Below, one piece after another: positions 25,080 through 33,499 of a DNA stretch of 64,000 bases (position 1 is the first letter of the stretch; each line of letters begins with the position of its first letter). The position numbers were made by a program, and so were the translations under genes. Origin of the DNA: a virus (Duplodnaviria > Caudoviricetes). The stretch covers positions 107,753 through 171,752 of the IMG/VR virus record IMGVR_UViG_3300046615_000208. One strand, given 5' to 3'. Below the pieces are notes generated by a model. It searched no databases and was not told where the DNA came from. It saw only the letters and a program-made list of their open reading frames with translations.

Positions 25080-28000
25080 ATGGCTTGGGGTAAGAATCAA
25101 AACTGGAAGTGGCAGCTTCGCGATAGCAAGGGCCGCTGGATTGAAATGGGCCGTGGGGTAAAGTGGTACTCCCCGTCATTGGGCCGCGAGGTCTCCGGAA
25201 CAGTCGTAGGGCAGAAGGGTAAGAACGCAATTGTCAATCTTACCTCTGAGCCTGCCAATGCTAAAACCGGTAAGCCACAGCAGGTATCCGTTAAGGGTAG
25301 TGACATTGAGGTCATTCAGAACAAGGCTACCCTGAACCCAACAGCCGACAAGGCCATTAGTGCCACCGATGCGATGCTGAAGCAGGGCCAGCGCACGGCT
25401 GGTCCTAAGGCCTCAGTACCTACTGAGGTAGAGAACGCGCCTGCGCCTGTTGCTAACAAGAAGTACAACGAAGCAGGCCTGACTCCTGATGAGCAGAAGG
25501 CTGTTGACTTCCAAGAGAAGAAGGCAAAGCAGGCGGCAGACAAGGGCGACCTTGACGCTGCTGACCGCTATGAAACTGCCGCTGCCAAGACCCGTAAGAT
25601 CGGTGAAGACCGCATCAAGAACGGTGAAGGCGACACTCCTGCCGAGGATACACCCGCCGCTGGAGAAACACAAGGGCCAGCTACGTCTACCAAGGCACCT
25701 ACACGTAACGCCGACATTGAGCGCGACCTCGGTCTTCTGGAGCAGGAAGCAGAAGACATCAACAACCTCGCGGACGAAGATGAGAAGGCTTCTGCCCTCG
25801 AAGCTGCACAGTACGACCTAGTCAACGACGCTGGCGACGATGTCACCATGCGCCTAGCTGAGGGTGACGACGAAGGCAGCTATGATGTAGCTGTGGAGGA
25901 CGCAGACGGCAAGGAACTAGGTCGCGTACCTATGTCAGAGAGCGCTGGCGAGCGTATCGACACGGCTAAGGCTGTGCGAGAGCTTGCCAACGGTCGTACC
26001 CCTGCCAAGGCCACCATCAGCGACGAACCCGTAGACGAGTCTCCAGAGGCTTCGGAAGCTCCCAAGGCCAACGTACCGCTGGCCGAACTTGAGAAGCAGG
26101 CCAAGGCTGATGGGGACACTGTCCTCTACCACGGTGGTCTACCTGAGGGCACGACCCTCGATGGCATCGACCTCAACCGCAATGGAACCCAGCAGAACAA
26201 GCGTGGGCAGTCCTTCGGAGGTTTCTATCTCACTGACGAGTCCTCCAAGAGTTGGTCTGACAAATACGCCATGGAGCGTAACGGTGTCATGCACGGCTTC
26301 GCTATCGACAAGAACGCCCGAATCGATGACCGTGGAAAAGAGCAGATCGACCGCATCTCCGCAGAGGACCGTGCCAAAGCTGCCGAGACCTCCGATATCA
26401 TCAAGGGTAGGGACCTTCTCGGGCGTACCCAGTATGTCATCCTCAACAAGGATGTCATCAAGGGTGTTGGTGAAACCAACCTCAAGACGGACAAGGCCCC
26501 TGAGGCAACTCCTGAGGTCCCTGAGGTGGCACCAGAGGCCCCTGATGCGGCTCCTGCCGACTCCGGACTGCCCGAGTTTGATCCTGTCACCATTGCTCTG
26601 CCTAGGGACGCGTTCAAGACAGCCGACAAGATTGCAGTCGGTGACCGTCTTTTGACCACTGCCCATGCTAATAACGGCAAGGAAATGCCTGTCAGCAGGA
26701 CCGATACCAATATTGCCAACGGCGAGACGGTTGACCTGACCGGTAAATCTGCTACAGTTACTGGTGTGCAGAAGATCATGGGACAGAACAAGACCTCGCA
26801 GGGTAAGGTTGTCGGCAGCAGGGTTGCCCTACAGTACTCCGATGGCCGAACCGAATCTATGGACCTCTACGCGAACCGTGGCGGTAGTAACTCTAAGGGT
26901 GGTGTCTTCATTGACTCCCCTGAGTTCCGTGCTGCCCACATCGATAAGGCACCTGAAGAAGCGCCAAAGGATGAAGCACCGGTCGATGGTGGCAATGCTG
27001 GAAGCCCTGTTGCCAAGCCTGAACCTGTTGTGGCAGAGAGTGTTGAAGATAAGCTCAAGGCTGCTGGAGTTGCCCGCACCGAACCTGTCGCCCTTCCGGG
27101 TGAGAAGTTCGCTCCGACGCGCCAGCAGCAGGACATCATCGACTCGGTCATGGCTGGGAAGAACACCGCAGTACAGGCTCTCGCCGGTTCCGGTAAGACC
27201 TCCACACTGGAAGCACTTGCCAAGCGTATTCAGGCACAGTACCCGGACAAGAAGATTGCGTACATCGCATTCAACCGTTCGGTTAAGCTTGAAGCTGAAG
27301 GCCGCATGCCGTCCAACGTTGAGTCCAAGACTCAGCACGGTCTGGCATATGGTTGGGCACCGAAGTGGATGAAGGACCGCTCCAATGATACCGGCTCGCT
27401 TCGTCGTGGTGATGATGTTGCAGGGTTCTTGGGCATCCGCGAGACCATCCGTCCAAAGGATGGAGAGCCTATGTCTGTCAAGGAACAGGCACTCGCCGCC
27501 ATGCGTACGGTTGACACCTTCGCAAACAGCGCTGAGGATGTTCCGGATGCCTCCCACATGCCTGAGAAGATCAAGGCTATGGGTCCTGAGGTTGAAGCTG
27601 CCGTTCTCGCGTCTGCTGCTAAGATTTGGGAGGACCTCCAGAAGCCTGATGGTAAGATGCGCTTCTCCCTTGACCACATGCGTAAGCAGTGGGCGCTGAC
27701 CAAGCCCGACCTGTCCAAGGCCGGTACGGGTCTGTCCCGTCCTGCTGATATCATCTTCATGGATGAGGCTCAGGATACACCTAAGGTCATGGCTGCGCTC
27801 ATGGACCACCAGACAGCCCAGAAGGTTGTCGTTGGTGACTCCAACCAGAACATCTACTCGTCCTTTACTGGGTCCATCGACTACATGTCGCAGGTCCAGA
27901 AGGACATCGAACTGCCGCTGACCAAATCATGGCGTTTCGGACCGGCTGTTGCTGACATCGGTAACCGTTTCCTCCAGCTTGCAGAGTCGCCTCACCGTGT

Positions 28001-31000
28001 AGAAGGCGGCGGCGAGTCCTCTATTGTGGAAGGTATGCAAGAGCCTGACGCTATCCTCGTACGCTCCAACGCAGGTATGCTCGGAGAAATCCTCGGAGAA
28101 CTTGAAAAGGGCCGCACGGTTGGTGTACCATCGGGTACTAAGAAGGACATGATGTCTCTTGTGGACTCAGCCGCTTTCCTAAAGGGACAGGGTGACGCTC
28201 CTTCCAAGATGCACGATGACCTAGCAGCTTACCGCTCTTGGGATGAAGTTGTTGCTGAGGCTGAAGCGGGTAACGCGACCATGGCTAAGGTTGCTAACAT
28301 GGTCAACACCCACGGTATCGGTGGACTCCGCAACATCCTGAATCAGGTCGTTGAAAAGGGCGGCGATGGTCTGGCTGGTATGGTACTCAAGGGTACCTCC
28401 AACCCTAACATCTCTGTTGCCGATGGTAAGACTTTCGGTAACAACAACGCTGATTACCTGAAGCAGGCTGGGTTCAAGTTCGGTGAGATTCCGGGCGCTG
28501 AGCCGATGAAGTCCGGTAAGAATAAGGGCAAGCCGCGTAAGGGTTGGATCGCCACTGGTGATGAAGACGCACGTCGCGCTATGTTCAAGAAGGCACAAGA
28601 GCTTGCATCCGGTGAAGCTGTTGACGTTACGATTTCGACTGCCCACAAGTCCAAGGGTCTTGAGTGGGATAAGGTCAAGATTGGCGATGACTTCCGTGGT
28701 CCGAAGCTCAATGAGGAAACCGGCGAAACAGAGATGCCATCTCCGGAAGAGTTGCGTGTAGCTTACGTAGCTGTTACTCGTGCGGCTAAGGAACTCGATC
28801 CGGGTTCTCTCGGTTATGTCTTTGATCATACCGATGAAAATGGTGGAATCCCTAAGCCTGCTGAAACTGGCGAACAGGATAACGCTAAGGAAGACGAGCG
28901 TCCGCTTCCGGGAACTCCCGACGATCCGGAAGCACCTTCTGATGAGGATGTCAATGAGCCTGCTCCTGAAGCTGGGGAGCCTGCTCCTGTAGAGGAACCG
29001 ACTCCATCACCCGAGGCAGAGGAACCGACTCCAGCACCTGAAGGTGGAGCACCTGAGGGTGGGGCACCTGTAGCCGTAGAGGAACCAGTCCCTGACGACG
29101 AGCAGGAGCCAGAACCAGAACCTGATGAGGTTGTAGATGCAGGCGAGCCTTTGCCTGACCCTGCACCTTTGCCGGTGAAGGAAGAGGAACCAGCGCCTAC
29201 GCCGGAACCTGAGCCGACTCCTGCGCCTGTGGATGAAGAGACACCGGGACCTGCTCCTGCACCATCTCCGGAGCCGACTCCAGCGCCTACGCCGGAACCG
29301 GAGCCTGCCCCAGAGCCGACTCCTGCACCTGTGGACGGAGAAACACCGGAACCAGAGCCAGCAGGGCCTACAGGGGGCCGTACAGAGCTTCCTACACCTG
29401 ACCCACGCCCTGTGCACCCGGTCAAGCTGAAGGCCGCACAGTACCCTGACGGTACTGTTGTACGTAGCGCTCGTAGTGGCGAAGCGTACGAGAAGACCAA
29501 TGGGCAGTGGCACGTACAGGGTGATGAGGCTACTACTGTCGATCCTATGGACTGGGAGACCCCGTTCGTATACGATATGCCGAAGCAGGACGCTGATAGC
29601 TTTGACGCCTTCGACGGAATTGACTCTGCCGAGATTGGTGATATCATCATTACTCGTAAGGGAACACAGGCCTCTGTTGTGGGCAAGCGTGACGGCAAGC
29701 TTATTGTTGCCGCACACAACCAGAGTGAAGAGCAGCGTCGTCTTCGTCCAGCACTTGTCGCGATTGATCCGGTAACGGTCAAGGGTATCAACAAGTTCGC
29801 TGGCGCTCCTGCCGCACAAGGACCTACTCGTCCGCCGAGGACTCGTACACCGTTCTCTGGCAACCGTGGTAACTCCAATGTTACTATCAAGGACGTTGGC
29901 GGAAACGAGATCAAGATTGGCGACACAGTCCGTACCGACATGGGTACGGGTAAGGTTGTCCGTGTTCGTCCTTCTGATGGTCCTAGTGGTTCTGCATTCA
30001 TTGAGTTCCCAGACGGCACCATCAAGAGCTTCCGTTCAAACAAGATGCGTAACACTGCATTTGCTGAGGAACAGGCTACTGGCGGTGACGATCCATCCAA
30101 GATGGAAATCGGCTCCATGGGCGAGGCTGGAGACGGTCGAGCATTCATGGTCGGTAAGGGCAACAAGCCTATCTTCAAGGGAGACGTAGTCGAACTTGCA
30201 GACGGTACCACAGGTAAGATTTCCGGTTTTGCGAAGGGCGTTCAGTCTGTCAACATCCGTGTTGAAGGACGTGCGAGCGACCTCCGCAAGAAGGCTTCGG
30301 TTGTGGATGTTCCCGGATACAACGCTCCTGCTACTGATGCTGCCACTCCTGCTCCTGAAGAGTCGGGATCGGGCACAGCTTCTGATGGAGAAACAGCAGT
30401 CAGCGGTTTCGTGGTTGGGAGCAACGCAGCGGCTCGTGCATTCGTCCGAGAGATTGAGGACTCGGGGTGGACTGTTGACCAATTCGCTAAAACAGCGGAA
30501 AAGTCACTTGGGAACATGGGCCGTATTGACGGTAATGACCCACTGACCGCTATCTTGTCTGATGATGTTACGGACAAGCAGAGGGCCAGAGCCTCTAGTC
30601 TGCTCCGTATGATCGCAGGTTCGCACAAGATCATGGCGGACTACAACCCGGCTACCACGCCGGAAGAGAAAAAACGCCTTGAAGACCTAGACACTGCATT
30701 GTGGTTCTTCCACGAGAAGATGGAGAGAGTATGGAAGTCTCAACTCAAGAAGCTCAGGACCACAGAGGAAGCAACCCCGCTCTCCAAAGAGCAGTTGGCA
30801 TCTTACGATGGTAAGGCAGATTTCTCTGGCTTCAACTACGACACTTCCCGCTTCAACCCCCTTTCCCCTGAGGGCCGTAATACGAATGATCCGGAAGATA
30901 TTCTTCCCGGTACTGACATTCGTCCGGGTGTTCGTGTAGCTGACAAGAACGGCAACGTTCTTGGTATCGTCCTCGGGTCGGCTGCGGCTCAGTACCAAGG

Positions 31001-32600
31001 AAGTGACAAGGTTTCTGTTCTAAAGGCGGACTCCAATATTGTCAAGTCTCGCGGTGTTCAGTCTCAGGATTACGAATGGAAGGACTTGGTAGCAGTTGCT
31101 CCGAAGTGGGACACATCTACCGACTTGGACTTCTCTGAAGAGGCCACACCACAGCGTGTGGCTAACAAGTTGGAAGCGTCCTACCCCGGTGTAGCCTTTG
31201 GGTTCGAAGGACTTGACATTGAGACTTCTAGGGCGTATGCTCGAAGTGTATCAAAGATGTTCAACAAGTACCCAATGCTTCAGCAGGCACTTGCAAGCGT
31301 TTCCTCCGGTAAGAGTAAAGATGAAGGCTACCAGCCACCGTCAGGGTCTAAGCCCGTGTCAGACGACTGGTACGCCTACGCATCATTCCCCGGTGGAACT
31401 CTTGACACAACGTACAATGGTGTTAGGATGGTATTCAACTCCGGTGGACCTAACATTCGTGGGTACAACGGAACCGTCAGGTCGGTAAAGAATGATATCG
31501 ACGCTAAGTTCCACCACCCGTCACCGGAGGGTCAAGAAATTGACTCGATTGTGATCCACGAGTTCGGACATGTTCTGGACTTCATGACCGGTAAGTTGGC
31601 TGAGGAAGACTTGTTCGATGTTTTTGCGACGGTCTGGGGTTCGGATGGGGAGACCAATCCGAACGTTGGTAAGTACCTACAGAATAAGGGAGAAATTTCG
31701 GGTTACTCGCAGATTGACGGTAAGATCAACATTACTGAATTGGTTGCAGAAGCATTCGAAGATGTGGAAATGAATGGAGTGAAAGCTACAGACCTCTCCA
31801 AGCAGATTCACGCAGAACTAATTAGAAGACTAGCTGAGCCAGATGCACTAGCCCCAAGGGCTAATGTAGCTGCCCCTGCGGTTTTCGCTCTGGCGGATGA
31901 AATGCAAGCGTCTTTTTCCAAAGGGGGGTTCACCCTCAAGGGTGAACTCCCCGGAGGAAACTCAGGTGCGTCGATTATGCTTGGAACTCTGTCGGATGGA
32001 AAGGAAGTTGTCATGAAGACTCATGGTGGAGGGAATGCGGATAAGGAGCACCTTGCCTCCCGTGTCCTGAACACTCTCGGAGTTGACAACATCGGCACGG
32101 TGAAGGTTGATGACACGACGACCATTACCAACTTTGTTCACGGAAGGTCCGGTCTTGAGTGGATGAATGAGTCTGAGTTCAATACCCCCGTTGAGATGCG
32201 GGACGCTATGACTAAGCTGAAGAACTCGCGTGAAGTCGGCTTGTTTGATTTCATTACCTCCAATCAGGATAGGCACGCCGGGAACTGGCTGCTTTCCGAG
32301 GACGGAACTGTTGCCCCTATTGACCATGGAGGGACATACTACAAGGCGTGGAGTCCACAGAAGGATGGGCGCTACCTGTTTGCTGAAGGCAAGTTTGCAC
32401 AAAGCACTCTAGGTGTTAATATGGATAAAGAAACCTATATCACTTCGGTGGACGCATCGGTCTCTTGGACACGTGCCGAGCTTGAAGGAATCCGGGCGAA
32501 GATCGAGGGCCTTGCCCCCGACTACGCGGATCACCCCGAGTGGCATAAATTCATGCTGGATCGGCTAGACTATCTAATGGAGGGAACCCCATGGCAGTAA
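25080..32600 (+). CDS. 2506-aa polyvalent head-module protein: ART-like, UvrD-like SF1 helicase, SH3/KOW repeats, zincin, PI3/4-kinase-like
   Basis: LYHG...GFYLT; AGSGKT, DEAQD, GDSNQ, STAHKSKGLE, YVAVTRA; HEFGH...ELVAEAF; VMK, NQDRHAGN, IDHG. Confidence 0.85.
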   Translation: MAWGKNQNWKWQLRDSKGRWIEMGRGVKWYSPSLGREVSGTVVGQKGKNAIVNLTSEPANAKTGKPQQVSVKGSDIEVIQNKATLNPTADKAISATDAMLKQGQRTAGPKASVPTEVENAPAPVANKKYNEAGLTPDEQKAVDFQEKKAKQAADKGDLDAADRYETAAAKTRKIGEDRIKNGEGDTPAEDTPAAGETQGPATSTKAPTRNADIERDLGLLEQEAEDINNLADEDEKASALEAAQYDLVNDAGDDVTMRLAEGDDEGSYDVAVEDADGKELGRVPMSESAGERIDTAKAVRELANGRTPAKATISDEPVDESPEASEAPKANVPLAELEKQAKADGDTVLYHGGLPEGTTLDGIDLNRNGTQQNKRGQSFGGFYLTDESSKSWSDKYAMERNGVMHGFAIDKNARIDDRGKEQIDRISAEDRAKAAETSDIIKGRDLLGRTQYVILNKDVIKGVGETNLKTDKAPEATPEVPEVAPEAPDAAPADSGLPEFDPVTIALPRDAFKTADKIAVGDRLLTTAHANNGKEMPVSRTDTNIANGETVDLTGKSATVTGVQKIMGQNKTSQGKVVGSRVALQYSDGRTESMDLYANRGGSNSKGGVFIDSPEFRAAHIDKAPEEAPKDEAPVDGGNAGSPVAKPEPVVAESVEDKLKAAGVARTEPVALPGEKFAPTRQQQDIIDSVMAGKNTAVQALAGSGKTSTLEALAKRIQAQYPDKKIAYIAFNRSVKLEAEGRMPSNVESKTQHGLAYGWAPKWMKDRSNDTGSLRRGDDVAGFLGIRETIRPKDGEPMSVKEQALAAMRTVDTFANSAEDVPDASHMPEKIKAMGPEVEAAVLASAAKIWEDLQKPDGKMRFSLDHMRKQWALTKPDLSKAGTGLSRPADIIFMDEAQDTPKVMAALMDHQTAQKVVVGDSNQNIYSSFTGSIDYMSQVQKDIELPLTKSWRFGPAVADIGNRFLQLAESPHRVEGGGESSIVEGMQEPDAILVRSNAGMLGEILGELEKGRTVGVPSGTKKDMMSLVDSAAFLKGQGDAPSKMHDDLAAYRSWDEVVAEAEAGNATMAKVANMVNTHGIGGLRNILNQVVEKGGDGLAGMVLKGTSNPNISVADGKTFGNNNADYLKQAGFKFGEIPGAEPMKSGKNKGKPRKGWIATGDEDARRAMFKKAQELASGEAVDVTISTAHKSKGLEWDKVKIGDDFRGPKLNEETGETEMPSPEELRVAYVAVTRAAKELDPGSLGYVFDHTDENGGIPKPAETGEQDNAKEDERPLPGTPDDPEAPSDEDVNEPAPEAGEPAPVEEPTPSPEAEEPTPAPEGGAPEGGAPVAVEEPVPDDEQEPEPEPDEVVDAGEPLPDPAPLPVKEEEPAPTPEPEPTPAPVDEETPGPAPAPSPEPTPAPTPEPEPAPEPTPAPVDGETPEPEPAGPTGGRTELPTPDPRPVHPVKLKAAQYPDGTVVRSARSGEAYEKTNGQWHVQGDEATTVDPMDWETPFVYDMPKQDADSFDAFDGIDSAEIGDIIITRKGTQASVVGKRDGKLIVAAHNQSEEQRRLRPALVAIDPVTVKGINKFAGAPAAQGPTRPPRTRTPFSGNRGNSNVTIKDVGGNEIKIGDTVRTDMGTGKVVRVRPSDGPSGSAFIEFPDGTIKSFRSNKMRNTAFAEEQATGGDDPSKMEIGSMGEAGDGRAFMVGKGNKPIFKGDVVELADGTTGKISGFAKGVQSVNIRVEGRASDLRKKASVVDVPGYNAPATDAATPAPEESGSGTASDGETAVSGFVVGSNAAARAFVREIEDSGWTVDQFAKTAEKSLGNMGRIDGNDPLTAILSDDVTDKQRARASSLLRMIAGSHKIMADYNPATTPEEKKRLEDLDTALWFFHEKMERVWKSQLKKLRTTEEATPLSKEQLASYDGKADFSGFNYDTSRFNPLSPEGRNTNDPEDILPGTDIRPGVRVADKNGNVLGIVLGSAAAQYQGSDKVSVLKADSNIVKSRGVQSQDYEWKDLVAVAPKWDTSTDLDFSEEATPQRVANKLEASYPGVAFGFEGLDIETSRAYARSVSKMFNKYPMLQQALASVSSGKSKDEGYQPPSGSKPVSDDWYAYASFPGGTLDTTYNGVRMVFNSGGPNIRGYNGTVRSVKNDIDAKFHHPSPEGQEIDSIVIHEFGHVLDFMTGKLAEEDLFDVFATVWGSDGETNPNVGKYLQNKGEISGYSQIDGKINITELVAEAFEDVEMNGVKATDLSKQIHAELIRRLAEPDALAPRANVAAPAVFALADEMQASFSKGGFTLKGELPGGNSGASIMLGTLSDGKEVVMKTHGGGNADKEHLASRVLNTLGVDNIGTVKVDDTTTITNFVHGRSGLEWMNESEFNTPVEMRDAMTKLKNSREVGLFDFITSNQDRHAGNWLLSEDGTVAPIDHGGTYYKAWSPQKDGRYLFAEGKFAQSTLGVNMDKETYITSVDASVSWTRAELEGIRAKIEGLAPDYADHPEWHKFMLDRLDYLMEGTPWQ
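29191..29350 (+). repeat. imperfect tandem duplication in the Pro/Glu linker
   Basis: CAGCGCCTACGCCGGAACC at 29191 and 29281, each followed by GAGCCGACTCCTGCnCCTGTGGA. Confidence 0.75.
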
Positions 32601-32803
32601 TAAAGTTCTACACCGCAAAGGACGACAGGCTCCTAGGCACCGTGACGGCGACTGAGAGCACGCTCACAGGAGACACCAACGGGGTCCGCGAGATGGTGGA
32701 CGCGTGGGGGAAGTCCGCCGCCGAGTTCATCGCCGCCTATGCGGACTGGGGCAACGGCTATCTCTACTCACGAGAAGAAGTTGACGGATCGGATGAATCG
32801 TGA
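32591..32803 (+). CDS. 70-aa protein, candidate inhibitor/partner of the kinase domain
   Basis: GGAGG RBS; overlaps the giant gene by 10 nt. Confidence 0.7.
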   Translation: MAVIKFYTAKDDRLLGTVTATESTLTGDTNGVREMVDAWGKSAAEFIAAYADWGNGYLYSREEVDGSDES

Positions 32804-32809
32804 TAAAGT
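32781..32809 (+). promoter_or_regulatory. sigma-A promoter
   Basis: TTGACG-17-TAAAGT with TGn extension. Confidence 0.6.
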
Positions 32810-32853
32810 GGATCAACTAGATAACGTAGGAACCTCTAACAGAAAGGACGAAC

Positions 32854-33351
32854 ATGCTACTACCTAACACCACATGGGGACAACTCCGCGAAGAGTATCT
32901 TGCGGATGTTGAGCAAGGGGTTGTCTCATCTGAGAACCCGCTCCATGACATCAAATTCCGTCAACTGTCATCGGATAAGAAAAACGAGGACTTTGTCTGG
33001 CCTGAAGAGGCTAAGCTCTTTAATGAGACAATCGAACAGGACCCAGAGGCTGTCACAGCCTCTGGGGAACCTGAGGGAGAGCCTGAAGCCGAATGGGAAC
33101 CGCCTTCCCCGCTATATTTCACTGTAGCAGAGGATGGCTCGGTACTCGAACTGGTGAAGATGGAAGACGATGGACTCTTCATCCGCATCGAGTCGAAGTG
33201 GGTTGACATTTCCGACGAGGAAGAGTTCCCCACAGTCTACGAGCAAGACATGCACTTCGCTAACGACGAGTCGGTGGGGGCATGGGACGCCGAGCTTGAA
33301 GATAATGACGAACTAAAACTCGAAGATATCCAAGACTACCTAATCAAATAG
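32854..33351 (+). CDS. acidic head-module protein
   Basis: GAAAGGA RBS; contains VTASG motif and an LYF domain shared with the next gene. Confidence 0.75.
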   Translation: MLLPNTTWGQLREEYLADVEQGVVSSENPLHDIKFRQLSSDKKNEDFVWPEEAKLFNETIEQDPEAVTASGEPEGEPEAEWEPPSPLYFTVAEDGSVLELVKMEDDGLFIRIESKWVDISDEEEFPTVYEQDMHFANDESVGAWDAELEDNDELKLEDIQDYLIK

Positions 33352-33499
33352 CGGCTAACACGGAAGACCAGCCATTATGGTATACTAGTACAAACACACT
33401 AACTTTGTACTTTATCCTGTGGCTGGTCTTCTCTGTGTTGCCACCAATAACGGAAAAATATTATGCTTGACAATAACTTTGTATCCGAAAGGCAAAAAA

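Noticed and set aside
28850-29400. Possible CRISPR or other DNA repeat array
   Set aside because: In-frame, degenerate coding repeats with no constant repeat-spacer period
26829-30211. Long minus-strand ORFs (326 and 461 aa)
   Set aside because: Shadows of the giant gene; the Gly/Ser-rich one mirrors the Pro/Glu linker
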